DNA of 64,000 nucleotides from Escherichia coli (GCF_003019035.1 NZ_CP027447.1); one strand, 5' to 3'; shown: positions 47,067 to 56,978, counted from the first letter of the stretch. The notes: generated by a model from the letters alone, not told the origin. A program made the numbers and translations.

Positions 47067-47402
47067 ATGTCACAGACCCAGTCCGATACTTTTACGCTGT
47101 CTTATCCTTTCACCACTGCTGCAGGTACCAGAATTGAACAGATTGAACTGAAACGCCTGACAGTAAAAGACCTGAAGCAGGTGCGCAAAATCAACAAAGA
47201 CCCGACAGACTGGGACGAACCACTGATTGCCCGTAGCACCGGTATCCTCCCGGAAGACCTCGATAACATGGATCTTGCCGACTATATGGAGCTGCAGAAA
47301 CGATTTCAGAAAATCACTGGGCTGGGCAAGAGCGACAAAAACACTGATGCAGGCGCAGGGCCTGCTGGCGAGATGGTTCAGGTTTCAACCGGGGGAGATT
47401 GA
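47067..47402 (+). CDS. Tail assembly chaperone (frame-0 product)
   Basis: AGGAG RBS 7 nt upstream; position between tube and tape measure. Confidence 0.65.
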   Translation: MSQTQSDTFTLSYPFTTAAGTRIEQIELKRLTVKDLKQVRKINKDPTDWDEPLIARSTGILPEDLDNMDLADYMELQKRFQKITGLGKSDKNTDAGAGPAGEMVQVSTGGD

Positions 47403-47484
47403 TGCCCTCGATACTGACGATCTGGAGATGTGGCTGGAGCAGGCTGAAGAGCAAATCAAAAGCGAGTTCGGCGACAATCAGTAA
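47227..47484 (+). CDS. Overlapping ORF, probable frameshift extension of the tail chaperone
   Basis: ORF in the other frame overlapping the chaperone 3' half and extending 82 nt beyond its stop. Confidence 0.5.
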   Translation: MPVAPVSSRKTSITWILPTIWSCRNDFRKSLGWARATKTLMQAQGLLARWFRFQPGEIDALDTDDLEMWLEQAEEQIKSEFGDNQ

Positions 47485-47577
47485 CAACGTATCACTTAAC
47501 AGCCGCCAGTCGCGGCTGTTCTGCATGGGTTTCAGACACTTCCCTTCCGTTTTTTTTGCTTTCAGAGGATAGCCACC

Positions 47578-50043
47578 GTGGCCAGTGAATTTTCAGTCGG
47601 CGTCATTATTGGCGGCATTGTCGGGAGCAGCTTCCGCTCAGCCGTCAGTGGCACCCGACGCGCCCTTGATTCCCTTGGTGATACCTCCCGCCGTCTGCAG
47701 GAACGCCAGAATGCCTTAACCCGGGCAACAGAACGTTATGGTCAACTGGGTTCTTCCCGGATGCAGCATCTCAACAGCGAGTTGCTGCGGGTAAGCCGCA
47801 CCATGGAGCAAATTGAACGTCAGCAGCGCCGTCTGTCAGCAGTATCAGCCACCGGTGATGCGTTGAAGGCTAACCGCCTGGCGCTCTATGGTCAGGGTGC
47901 AGAAACCTATGCTATTGGCAGAACGCTGGGCGCACCGGTCATGGCCTCGGTTAAACAATATGCCTCGTTTGAATCACAGTTGCGGGATATCAGTGTCACA
48001 GGAGACCTGGATGCAAAACAGGAACGTGCAATTGGCCAGGCTATCAGACAGGCCTCGCTGAAGGTTAACCAACTGCAGGAGTCTCTGTTAGGGGGAGTCG
48101 GACAATTAGTTGCTGATGGTATGGCCCCCGAACGGGCAGCAACGTTTGCAGAGATGCTTGGAAAGACCGCTACAGCAACCAAAGCCGATATGACCGACCT
48201 TGCCAAAATGACTTATGCCTTCAGCGATGCACTCAGAATCACTGATGCGAAAGAACTTGAACAGGCGTTTGGTATTGCGGCAACAGGAGCCAAACTTGGG
48301 TCATTTGAGCTGAAGGATATGGCAAAAGCATTACCCGGTATGGCTAAAGCCTTCGCTGCTCGTGGTATTTATGGAAAAGATGCGATTACCCAGATTGTTG
48401 CCAGTCTGGAGGTCGGTAAAGGTAGTGGCTCTGCAGAGGAAGCGGTCACCAATATGTCCAACTGGCTGGCAGCAATGGGCCGCGGAGATACCATCCAGAA
48501 ATATGCTAAAGCCGGGGTGGATTACCAGGGGTCAATGCAGAATTACGTCGCTCAGGGTTTTTCGCAGTACGAAGCTTCACTGATGATTGCCAACCGTTTT
48601 ATCGACAGTAAAGGCAAAGCGTTCTTGCAGCAATGGAAAGCTGCAGGAGCAAGAGGCGATCAGGAAGGTCAGCAGAAACTCATGGAGTCATTTGGTCTGG
48701 CTGAGGTCTTTACCGATATTCAGACTGTCAACCATTTACTGTCAATGCGACAGGGCTGGGATAAATACCTTTCCAGTAAGCAGGAAATGAATGCTCCGGC
48801 TGCAATGTCTACCCTGGATAAGGATGCTGCAAAGCAGAATGATACGCTTGAAGGTCGCTGGCGCAGAATGCAGATCGGCTTTAATGATTCTGCTATCAGC
48901 ATCGGGCAATCCTTGCGTCCGGCTTTGCTCCAGTTGGGTGAAACATTTATTCCTTTAATGGACAGCGTCGGCAAATGGATAGCGGCAAATCCGCAGCTCG
49001 TCAGCAGCACCATAAAGGTTGTGGGCGCATTACTCGCTTTCAGGATGGCCACTATCGGTCTCAAGTTTGGGCTGAATCTCCTTATTTCCCCCTTTGTAAG
49101 CGTCTGGAAAAATGCTGTTTTACTTCGGGCCAACTGGCTTCGTCTGATGCTCGCACTGGGGGAAGGCGGTAAACTCCGCTGGCTGGTGACAGGCTTTGGT
49201 GCCGTCGCCAGAGGAGCCAGAACACTGGGGGGTGTGCTCTCAGGGGGGCTGGTTCGCGGAATTATGAGCGCCGGGCGTGCCGTTCTCTGGATTGGCCGGG
49301 CGCTGATGATGAATCCCATCGGTCTCGCTATCACCGCCGTCGCGGCAGCAGCTTACCTTATCTACCGCAACTGGGGCGCGGTCAGTAGCTGGTTTAAACA
49401 GCGCTGGGCTGACATTCAGGAAGCCTTTAACGGCGGTATCGCGGGAATTGGTAAACTGCTGGTTAACTGGTCTCCGGCAGGTCTGCTTTATAAAGCCTTT
49501 GCGGCTGCGCTGAAATATCTCGGCGTTGATTTGCCGGCGAAATTCACCGACTTCGGTGGTCATCTTATTGACGGGCTGATAAATGGCATCAGAAACAAAT
49601 GGGAGTCACTGAAAACCAGCATAACCGGAATGGGTGACAGCATCAGTGACTGGTTCAGCGAAAAGCTGGGCATCCATTCACCGAGTCGCGTGTTTATAGG
49701 CTTTGGTGACAATATCGCGCAGGGTGCCGCCATTGGCCTGCAACGGACCACTCCGCTTGCTGCACTGGCCGGGCAGCGCCTGGCCGCTGAAATGACACCG
49801 GATGTTCCCCGTATCCCGTCGCCGGAAATCATGGCTGCCGGATATTCAGGCCGTGGCGCAACGGCAACCGGCGGTGGAGCGTCTGGCGGTATCCAGGTCA
49901 GCTTTAATCCTCAGTTTTTCCTCAATGGTAAGGAAACCGCAGCGCCTGCCGGGCTGACTGGTGCCCTGAATATGAGCCTGCATGAGCTGGAAAAAATGCT
50001 GGAGCGTCTGCTGGCTCAGAAACAACGTAAGGAGTACAGCTGA
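47578..50043 (+). CDS. Tail tape measure protein
   Basis: 821 aa, helical, Ala/Gly-rich with hydrophobic central segments; GTG start with AGAGGA RBS. Confidence 0.85.
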   Translation: MASEFSVGVIIGGIVGSSFRSAVSGTRRALDSLGDTSRRLQERQNALTRATERYGQLGSSRMQHLNSELLRVSRTMEQIERQQRRLSAVSATGDALKANRLALYGQGAETYAIGRTLGAPVMASVKQYASFESQLRDISVTGDLDAKQERAIGQAIRQASLKVNQLQESLLGGVGQLVADGMAPERAATFAEMLGKTATATKADMTDLAKMTYAFSDALRITDAKELEQAFGIAATGAKLGSFELKDMAKALPGMAKAFAARGIYGKDAITQIVASLEVGKGSGSAEEAVTNMSNWLAAMGRGDTIQKYAKAGVDYQGSMQNYVAQGFSQYEASLMIANRFIDSKGKAFLQQWKAAGARGDQEGQQKLMESFGLAEVFTDIQTVNHLLSMRQGWDKYLSSKQEMNAPAAMSTLDKDAAKQNDTLEGRWRRMQIGFNDSAISIGQSLRPALLQLGETFIPLMDSVGKWIAANPQLVSSTIKVVGALLAFRMATIGLKFGLNLLISPFVSVWKNAVLLRANWLRLMLALGEGGKLRWLVTGFGAVARGARTLGGVLSGGLVRGIMSAGRAVLWIGRALMMNPIGLAITAVAAAAYLIYRNWGAVSSWFKQRWADIQEAFNGGIAGIGKLLVNWSPAGLLYKAFAAALKYLGVDLPAKFTDFGGHLIDGLINGIRNKWESLKTSITGMGDSISDWFSEKLGIHSPSRVFIGFGDNIAQGAAIGLQRTTPLAALAGQRLAAEMTPDVPRIPSPEIMAAGYSGRGATATGGGASGGIQVSFNPQFFLNGKETAAPAGLTGALNMSLHELEKMLERLLAQKQRKEYS

Positions 50044-50927
50044 TGTTTGCCGTACTGGGTGATATTGAGTTTGAACTGATTACCTACTGGGACGGCTTCG
50101 AGGCCACGTTTGGCGTCGATTATGCGGAGCATGCCCGCATCGAGGGTAAACCCGGCCTGCAGTTCGTCGGCGACAGGCTGGACGAAATCCAGATAAGCCT
50201 GGTCTTCCATCAGCATTATTGTGTGCCCGACGTGGAGCTGGCGAGAGTGCGAACAGCCATGAAGGCCCATCAGGCACTGGCGCTGGTCTTCGGCAACGGT
50301 GACTATCGCGGCTGGTTCGTGATTACCGATGTGACCGCAACCAGCGAGCAGACAGACAGCACCGGTAACGTGCTGGCTGTCAGTGCCACCGTGTCTCTCC
50401 GGGAATACACCGGTGACCCGAAAAATCCTCTGCAACCGCCGGCAATACGCAGGCAGGTTCCCGGTGCCGGGGCCGTATCTGGTGCTGTTCCATCGCCTTC
50501 CGGGGTGGCGCAGTTCGTCCGTAACGGCGTCAACTATGCGAAACAGGCGCAGTCTGTACTCCAGACCACCATCAGTGCCGTTCGGGTGGCACAGAAAATG
50601 AAGGGTAACCCTGTTGTCGCGCTGACCCGTGTACCGGGACTGATGAGCGGACTGGGTAATATATCCGTGGCTCTGGGGAAAAGTGTTCCGGCGTTTAATG
50701 CACTCTCTGAATCCATGCCCGATGCCATCAGTCTGGCCAGAACAGCCAGTGAGGCAGCCACGTATGTACAGCAGGCGCAGTCGGCGCTGAGTGGTGTGGA
50801 CAAAAGAAATATTGCAGGTGCTCTGGATACCGTTTCCGGGCAGCTTAACGCCGCCGGCACAGCATTCAACCGCATGTCTCCGGGATTAAGTGCAATGGCC
50901 GCCAGAATACTGACGAGGAGTGTGTGA
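50043..50927 (+). CDS. Tail protein (P2 gpU / Mu gpN-like, by position)
   Basis: 294 aa immediately after the tape measure. Confidence 0.5.
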   Translation: MFAVLGDIEFELITYWDGFEATFGVDYAEHARIEGKPGLQFVGDRLDEIQISLVFHQHYCVPDVELARVRTAMKAHQALALVFGNGDYRGWFVITDVTATSEQTDSTGNVLAVSATVSLREYTGDPKNPLQPPAIRRQVPGAGAVSGAVPSPSGVAQFVRNGVNYAKQAQSVLQTTISAVRVAQKMKGNPVVALTRVPGLMSGLGNISVALGKSVPAFNALSESMPDAISLARTASEAATYVQQAQSALSGVDKRNIAGALDTVSGQLNAAGTAFNRMSPGLSAMAARILTRSV

Positions 50928-51139
50928 TGTTTCTTGAACATATTACCCGTGACGGAGAGCGCTGGGATTCGCTGGCATGGCAGTACTACGGTGACCCGCT
51001 GGGCTATCCCCGGATTATTGCAGCCAATCCGCACGTGGCCATTACGCCGGTGCTGCCCTCCGGGTTGTTGTTACTGATCCCGGTTATTGAGGCTGAAGAT
51101 GCCCGTACAGAAGAGGATATTGCCCCATGGCTGAGATAA
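50924..51139 (+). CDS. Tail protein X (LysM-like)
   Basis: 71 aa resembling P2 gpX. Confidence 0.6.
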   Translation: MMFLEHITRDGERWDSLAWQYYGDPLGYPRIIAANPHVAITPVLPSGLLLLIPVIEAEDARTEEDIAPWLR

Positions 51140-52281
51140 ACAGTACTGCGCAAGCCACATCAGCGTTAACCGGCGTCAGCGATGTGCTGACGCCGGTATT
51201 CACTCTGTGGTATCTGCAGAAAAACATCACCTCTGATATCGCGCCTTATGTCACCCGTGTGGTCTGGAGCGATAACATCAAAAATGAGTCCGATACCATT
51301 GAGGTGGAGCTGGACGACACCGATGGCCGCTGGCTGGATAAGTGGTATCCGGGCAAGGGTGACACGCTGACGCTGAAAATGGGTTATCAGGGCGAGAAAC
51401 TGCTGTCCTGCGGTACATTCTCAATAGACGAGATCGAAGTGAGTTCGCCCGCGTCCGTTGTCGCTATCCGTGGGGTGGCCACCTCGGTTAACAGTGCTCT
51501 GCGGACTAAATCCAGCCGTGGTTTTGAGAACACCACGCTGGCAGCTGTTGCGGGGCGGATTGCCAGAAAGCACCGGCTGAAACTGGTGGGCAGCATTGAG
51601 TCCATCAGAATCGACCGGGTGACCCAGTATGCTGAAACCGACGTGGGTTTTCTGCGCCGGCTGGCCAGCGAGTATGGTTATGCAGTGAAAGTGGTCAGTG
51701 ACCAGTTGATTTTTTCTCATCTGGCCACACTGCGCAGTCAGGAGCCGGTCAGGCAGTTAAAACCGCAGGATGTGGCCTGCTTTTCCCTGCGTGACACCAT
51801 CAACCGGGTCTATAAATCTGCAAAGGTAAAACACCAGAAAAGCAGCAGTAAAAAACTGATCGTCTACGAAGCTGATGGTGGTACCCGTGAAAGCGACAAA
51901 AAGCTCAAAGGCGGTAAGGTTACCAGCGCTGACTCACTTAAAGTTAACAGCCGCGTCAGCGACCCGGACAGTGCCCGGATTAAAGCGGATTCAGCACTGG
52001 CCAGACATAACGAATACCAGCAGAACGGCTCCCTGACGCTGACGGGAACGCCTCAACTGACAGCAGGCAACAAAATTGAACTGGTGGGCTTTGGACAGTT
52101 ATCCGGTCCATGGCTGATAATCACTGCCCGCCATGCGTTTGAGCGTAACAGCGGCTACACCACAGAGCTGGAAGTGGCACGGGGGCCAGTCACAAGAGGG
52201 AAAAAACAAAAAACTCAGAAACTCACGGTTTATCACCCGGATGGCAGTACATCGACGGTGATTAAGGAGAAGAAAAAATGA
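51127..52281 (+). CDS. Baseplate hub (P2 gpD / Mu gpP-like)
   Basis: 384 aa; position between X-like and spike genes. Confidence 0.7.
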   Translation: MAEINSTAQATSALTGVSDVLTPVFTLWYLQKNITSDIAPYVTRVVWSDNIKNESDTIEVELDDTDGRWLDKWYPGKGDTLTLKMGYQGEKLLSCGTFSIDEIEVSSPASVVAIRGVATSVNSALRTKSSRGFENTTLAAVAGRIARKHRLKLVGSIESIRIDRVTQYAETDVGFLRRLASEYGYAVKVVSDQLIFSHLATLRSQEPVRQLKPQDVACFSLRDTINRVYKSAKVKHQKSSSKKLIVYEADGGTRESDKKLKGGKVTSADSLKVNSRVSDPDSARIKADSALARHNEYQQNGSLTLTGTPQLTAGNKIELVGFGQLSGPWLIITARHAFERNSGYTTELEVARGPVTRGKKQKTQKLTVYHPDGSTSTVIKEKKK

Positions 52282-52805
52282 CTGGTGTCACCCGTCAGAT
52301 CGGTACGGTCAGTGCCGTTGATGCCGACAGGGTTCAGGCCCGCGTTCGTCTGCCTGAATGCGATAATCTGCGCACAAACTGGCTTAACGTGCTACAGCGC
52401 AATACCCAGGATAACAAGGATTACTGGCTCCCTGACGTGGGGGAGCAGGTTGAGGTGCTGCTCGATGCCAACGGCGAGGATGGTGTTATTCTGGGCGCGG
52501 TGTACTCAGACGTCGATAAACCGCCGTTCAGTGATAAAAACGTCCGGGGTACGAAATACGCTGATGGCGCGGAGTTCAGTTATAACCGCGCGACCCATAC
52601 GCTGACGGTCAGAGGAGGTATTGAGCGTATCGTGGTGGAGGTTGCCGCTGATATCTCTCTCAAAGGGAAAAAACTCGACCTCACGGGAGTTACCACGATC
52701 AACGGCCCCGCGACACTCAATGGTGATCTGGAAATCAACGGAAGCGCCCATGCAACGGGTAACATATTTGCTGATGGTCAGAACTCTAATCACCATTCCC
52801 ATTGA
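52278..52805 (+). CDS. Baseplate spike (P2 gpV-like)
   Basis: 175 aa; position. Confidence 0.7.
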   Translation: MTGVTRQIGTVSAVDADRVQARVRLPECDNLRTNWLNVLQRNTQDNKDYWLPDVGEQVEVLLDANGEDGVILGAVYSDVDKPPFSDKNVRGTKYADGAEFSYNRATHTLTVRGGIERIVVEVAADISLKGKKLDLTGVTTINGPATLNGDLEINGSAHATGNIFADGQNSNHHSH

Positions 52806-52861
52806 ACCTTCTTAAACGCCTTTAATATCGGCGCTTACTTCCCGGGGGCAATACTGCCTCC

Positions 52862-53209
52862 ATGAAAACGACCTCAGTATTCTGGCAACCAGCTCTGCAG
52901 GCTCCCGGCGAAATCGTCCGGGGGCTGGATGATATCCGGCAGTCCATCCAGATCATCCTGCGGACTCCCCGCGGCAGCGACCCGCATCGCCCGGAGTTCG
53001 GCAGCAATCTGCACCTTTATATCGACTGGCCTGTCGACCGGGCCATTCCGCATGTGGTTCGCGAATCCGTCGATGCCATCAGGCGCTGGGAACCCCGCTG
53101 CCAGCTTATGTCGGTTAAACCCGCCGTCGACGGCGAACATCTTACGCTCCGGGTGAGCTGGAAAGGCTCAGACGGACAACCCCGTACTCAGGAACTGCTA
53201 TGGCGCTGA
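52862..53209 (+). CDS. Baseplate wedge (GPW/gp25-like)
   Basis: 115 aa; position. Confidence 0.7.
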   Translation: MKTTSVFWQPALQAPGEIVRGLDDIRQSIQIILRTPRGSDPHRPEFGSNLHLYIDWPVDRAIPHVVRESVDAIRRWEPRCQLMSVKPAVDGEHLTLRVSWKGSDGQPRTQELLWR

Positions 53210-54303
53210 CAGAACCCGATTTTATTGAACGCGATGCCGATAAAATCACGGCAGAAATGATTGCGAAGTATGAAGAGGATACCGGAAAAACGCTGTACCC
53301 GGCACAGGCTGAACGTCTGCTGATTGACCTGTGGGCCTATCGCGAAATGCTGGTCAGGGTGGCAGTACAGGAGGCGGCGAAGCAGAATCTGGTCGCTTTT
53401 TCCCGTGAGCCGATGATTGATTACCTCGGTGAACTGGTCGGTGTATACCGCCTTGCCGCGCAGCCTGCCACCACCACACTTCAGTTCTCTGTGGATGAGG
53501 CACTGGCCATTGATGTGCTGATCCCGGCAGGCACCCGCGTCAGCGCTTCCGACAGTATTATTTTTGCCACCGATACAGACGTGGTGCTGAAGGCCGGATT
53601 GCTGCTGGTCAATGTCACGGCCACCTGTACCGAGCCGGGTACCGCTGGCAACGGCTGGCAACCGGCGCAGGTCAGTCAGTTACTCGATGAGATTGATAAC
53701 ATTGACCTGCTGGTGACCAATCTGACGGCCAGCTCTGGCGGTTCAGAGCAGGAAGACGATGACCGGCTCCGGGAGCGTATCAGGCTGGCCCCGGAGTCAT
53801 TCACCAATGCCGGAAGCCGTGGTGCATACCGTTTTCATGCTATGGGGGCGCATCCCGGCATTGTCGACGTTGCTGTTCTTTCTCCCGCTCCCGGCACTGT
53901 CGAGCTGTATCCGCTGCTCAGCACTGGTCTGCCGGACAGCAGTATCCTCACTCTGGTAGAGAGTTTCTGTTCTGACGAAAAAGTCAGACCACTCACTGAT
54001 ACCGTGCGGGCTAAAACACCTGTTCAGGTGGATTACACCATTGAAGCCAGGATTACGATCTATCGTGATCAGGATGCAAGGTTGGTAAAGGACAACGCTA
54101 ACAGCGCCATACAGAACTGGGTGGCATCCCGTACCGCCACGCTGGGGCGCGATATTGTTCCCAGCCAGATTATCAGCGTGTTGTCCGTTTCCGGGGTGTA
54201 CCAGGTCGAACTGGTGACACCGGCACTGAGGGTGGTGGCAGAAAACGAATGGGCAAACTGTACGGCGATCACTCTTAACATGACCGGGGTGTCCGATGGC
54301 TAA
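53200..54303 (+). CDS. Baseplate J-like protein
   Basis: 367 aa; position. Confidence 0.75.
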   Translation: MALTEPDFIERDADKITAEMIAKYEEDTGKTLYPAQAERLLIDLWAYREMLVRVAVQEAAKQNLVAFSREPMIDYLGELVGVYRLAAQPATTTLQFSVDEALAIDVLIPAGTRVSASDSIIFATDTDVVLKAGLLLVNVTATCTEPGTAGNGWQPAQVSQLLDEIDNIDLLVTNLTASSGGSEQEDDDRLRERIRLAPESFTNAGSRGAYRFHAMGAHPGIVDVAVLSPAPGTVELYPLLSTGLPDSSILTLVESFCSDEKVRPLTDTVRAKTPVQVDYTIEARITIYRDQDARLVKDNANSAIQNWVASRTATLGRDIVPSQIISVLSVSGVYQVELVTPALRVVAENEWANCTAITLNMTGVSDG

Positions 54304-54874
54304 GGTGCTACAACTCCCGCCACCGCTTGAGGGTGATATCAGTCTCAGAACGCTGGGAAGACTGGCCGGACGGCTGGATAACATCGACCTGAGCGTACTG
54401 ATGGTCGGTCTCGTCGATATTGTCGACAGTTCCGCGCTGCCATGGCTTGGCGAGCAGTTCTCGCTGTTCGGCGATGGCTGGGAACTGGCGGAATCGGACG
54501 ATGTACGCCGCATGCTTATCAAATCCGCTATCGAGCTACACCGCTATAAAGGAACACCGTGGTCAATCCGGGAAATTATCCGCCGTTTTGGCTTCGGCGA
54601 AGTGGATCTGATTGAAGGTACGGGGCAGATTGGCTATGACGGCAGACACACGTACAACGGGCTTTTCGTCCATGGTGATGCACAAGCCTGGGCAGTCTAT
54701 CGCGTCATCTTTCAACAACCCATCACTAACGATCAGGCGGCGCTGTTACGTCAGACGCTTGCTGCCTTTGCTCCGGCTCGCTGTCATCTGGCAAGTCTGG
54801 AATATCAGTCTGTCGCCATTCGATACAACAGTACTACCTGTTATGACGGTAGTTACAACCACGGGAGCAGTTAA
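54296..54874 (+). CDS. Tail protein I (P2 gpI / Mu gp48-like)
   Basis: 192 aa; position before the fibre gene. Confidence 0.65.
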   Translation: MAKVLQLPPPLEGDISLRTLGRLAGRLDNIDLSVLMVGLVDIVDSSALPWLGEQFSLFGDGWELAESDDVRRMLIKSAIELHRYKGTPWSIREIIRRFGFGEVDLIEGTGQIGYDGRHTYNGLFVHGDAQAWAVYRVIFQQPITNDQAALLRQTLAAFAPARCHLASLEYQSVAIRYNSTTCYDGSYNHGSS

Positions 54875-54876
54875 TT

Positions 54877-55845
54877 ATGGCAAATCTACCCGAAACCCCG
54901 CAGTGGGAAAGCGGCATCTACCAGATTGAGGTCTCTGACCCCGTTCTGGGCGGACCTGACGGAATTTCTAACCGCCAGGCTAAACAACTGGCCAGCCGAA
55001 CGTCATACCTCAAACAGAAGGTCGAAAAAAGCGGAACAGACCTGGCTGCACATATCGCGGCAGTTGACCCGCATACCCAGTACGCGACGAAAGCCAGTCC
55101 GACATTCACCGGCACACCAACAGCACCTACACCTGCAAATGGTGATAACAGCAAAAAGCTGGCGACGACGGAGTTTGTGGCCAAAGCACTTGCGGCACTT
55201 GCAGGCAGCGCCCCTGAGACACTGGATACGCTTAAAGAGCTGGCTGACGCTCTCGGTAATGATCCAAACTTTGCGACTACGGTACTGAACAAGCTGGCGG
55301 AAAAGCTGGCTAAAGACCAGAACGGCGCAGATATTCCTGAGCCTGCGCTGTTTGTCAAAAACCTTGGTTTGGGGGAAGGCTCTGCACTGCCCGTTGGTGT
55401 GCCCGTTCCGTGGCCCTTAGCAACACCACCAACGGGCTGGCTGAAATGTAACGGTGCAGCATTTTCTTCTGAAATGTACCCCAAACTGGCAAAAGCCTAC
55501 CCCGCGAATAAATTACCGGATTTACGCGGAGAATTTATCCGTGGCTGGGATGATGGGCGAGGAATTGATGCGGCACGCGCTTTATTGAGCATTCAAAACG
55601 GGATGTTGGAAAAACACCGCCATATTGTTGTAGCTAACGATGGATATGACACAAAAGATGAATGGGAGTTGGCTACGATTTTCAAAAAAACATATACACA
55701 AGGCAGGGGGCTTGATGCCACAAATACAGGAGGGAGTTTGACTCCATCACCAACGCTTCATTCACGAGGAAGTATTGGTAACACAGGTGGTAGTGAAACC
55801 CGCCCCCGCAATATTGCATTTAACTATATCGTGAGGGCGGCTTAG
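54877..55845 (+). CDS. Tail fibre protein (constant N-terminus plus invertible C-terminal variant 1)
   Basis: 322 aa; tail-collar-like domain (GWLKCNGAAFSSEMYPKLAKAY...LPDLRGEFIRGWDDGRGID); C-terminal part lies inside the invertible segment. Confidence 0.8.
   Translation: MANLPETPQWESGIYQIEVSDPVLGGPDGISNRQAKQLASRTSYLKQKVEKSGTDLAAHIAAVDPHTQYATKASPTFTGTPTAPTPANGDNSKKLATTEFVAKALAALAGSAPETLDTLKELADALGNDPNFATTVLNKLAEKLAKDQNGADIPEPALFVKNLGLGEGSALPVGVPVPWPLATPPTGWLKCNGAAFSSEMYPKLAKAYPANKLPDLRGEFIRGWDDGRGIDAARALLSIQNGMLEKHRHIVVANDGYDTKDEWELATIFKKTYTQGRGLDATNTGGSLTPSPTLHSRGSIGNTGGSETRPRNIAFNYIVRAA
55352..55377. other. Left invertase crossover site (gix/hix-like)
   Basis: TTGTCAAAAACC-TT-GGTTTGGGGGAA; outer half-site matches the Hin/Gin half-site TTATCAAAAACC. 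Confidence 0.7.
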
Positions 55846-55851
55846 TTATAT

Positions 55852-56469
55852 TCAACTGGCTGCTGCCAGAGGCATTTCCGGCCAGTTGATATCCGGTGCA
55901 GTGCTGATGTCAGTCGCATTAAGCACATCTATGAAATCAAGCACGGCGTTTAGTTTTTCCGTCTCCTGGGGCGTCAATCGGCGTCCGGCTCGTAGTTTGA
56001 GATTTATAAGCTCAACAGATGCCATTGCCTGTTCCTCAAGTTGCTGACGATGCACTCCGGCAGCTTCCAGTTCTGCTGCGTGCTGTCGTCCCGCATCTGT
56101 CACCCAGGTCTCACCATCCCAGACATCATAGATAGTAGCTGGCTGTTTCACCGTCGTATCAGGAGGGTAATCTCCCGGTTGTGTGATTTGCACAGCGTTA
56201 CCATTCTCTGTGCTGTAAACCGTTTCGCCTCTGTGGTCTGGAACATATTTCCAGATGTTCTGGTCGGTATCACGACAGACAGCGAAGCCGGGGCGTTTTT
56301 CTGGTGGCGCGTCAATGCATGAGTGAGCCGGAATTCCAACACCATAAGCGAGATACTCAACAGTGGCAGAGAGATATTCACGGTTTTCAGCATCGTAGTT
56401 ATAAACGGTAATATCGCCTGCAGTTATAGCGATACCATTCTGATCAAGTACTGCAGCAGCATTATTCAT
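55852..56469 (-). CDS. Tail fibre assembly protein (Tfa)
   Basis: 205 aa; C-terminal TDISTAPDINWPEMP resembles the Tfa motif DTSTAPDIEWP. Confidence 0.8.
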   Translation of the reverse strand: MNNAAAVLDQNGIAITAGDITVYNYDAENREYLSATVEYLAYGVGIPAHSCIDAPPEKRPGFAVCRDTDQNIWKYVPDHRGETVYSTENGNAVQITQPGDYPPDTTVKQPATIYDVWDGETWVTDAGRQHAAELEAAGVHRQQLEEQAMASVELINLKLRAGRRLTPQETEKLNAVLDFIDVLNATDISTAPDINWPEMPLAAAS

Positions 56470-56966
56470 TAAGTAGCCCTTACAATATAGTTAAACGCAA
56501 TATTACGGGGGCGGTTTTCCGTTCCTGTATTCCCTCCGTTGGCACCTAATCTATAAACACCACGAGTGCCAATAGCACGTAGTGAAGATGGAACTTTTAC
56601 ACCTGACTCATCTGTTTTAACAATCCCGCCATCACCGTATGTAGCCAGTATACCAGGGTTTGTTCCTGCACGGGTGCTATTTGCGGCAAGCCCTTCACCA
56701 GTCCATAACTCCATATAGTGAATATGATCTATAACCGAATGTGATTGTGCATTAAGCAAGGAACGCCCTGAATCAATTCCCCGCCCGTCATCCCAGCCGC
56801 GAATAAACTCACCCCGTAAATCCGGTAATTTATTCGCGGGGTAGGCTTTTGCCAGTTTGGGGTACATTTCAGAAGAAAATGCTGCACCGTTACATTTCAG
56901 CCACCCTGCTGGCGGTGTGGCTGAGGGCCACGGAACGGGCACACCAACGGGCAGTGCAGAGCCTTC
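56469..56966 (-). CDS. Alternative tail-fibre C-terminal cassette (expressed after inversion)
   Basis: Encodes the same tail-collar region (GEGSALPVGVPVPWP...RGWDDGRGID) followed by a different C-terminus. Confidence 0.7.
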   Translation of the reverse strand, partial: EGSALPVGVPVPWPSATPPAGWLKCNGAAFSSEMYPKLAKAYPANKLPDLRGEFIRGWDDGRGIDSGRSLLNAQSHSVIDHIHYMELWTGEGLAANSTRAGTNPGILATYGDGGIVKTDESGVKVPSSLRAIGTRGVYRLGANGGNTGTENRPRNIAFNYIVRAT

Positions 56967-56978
56967 CCCCAAACCAAC
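56953..56978. other. Right invertase crossover site (gix/hix-like)
   Basis: TTCCCCCAAACC-AA-CGTTTTCGTCTT; inner half-site is the inverted copy of the left inner half-site. Confidence 0.7.

Larger units (their letters stand above)
55364..56966. other. Invertible tail-fibre DNA segment (~1.6 kb)
   Basis: Bounded by ~190 bp inverted repeats (55366..55560 vs 56780..56966) and two crossover sites with oppositely oriented central dinucleotides; invertase gene adjacent. Confidence 0.75.
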
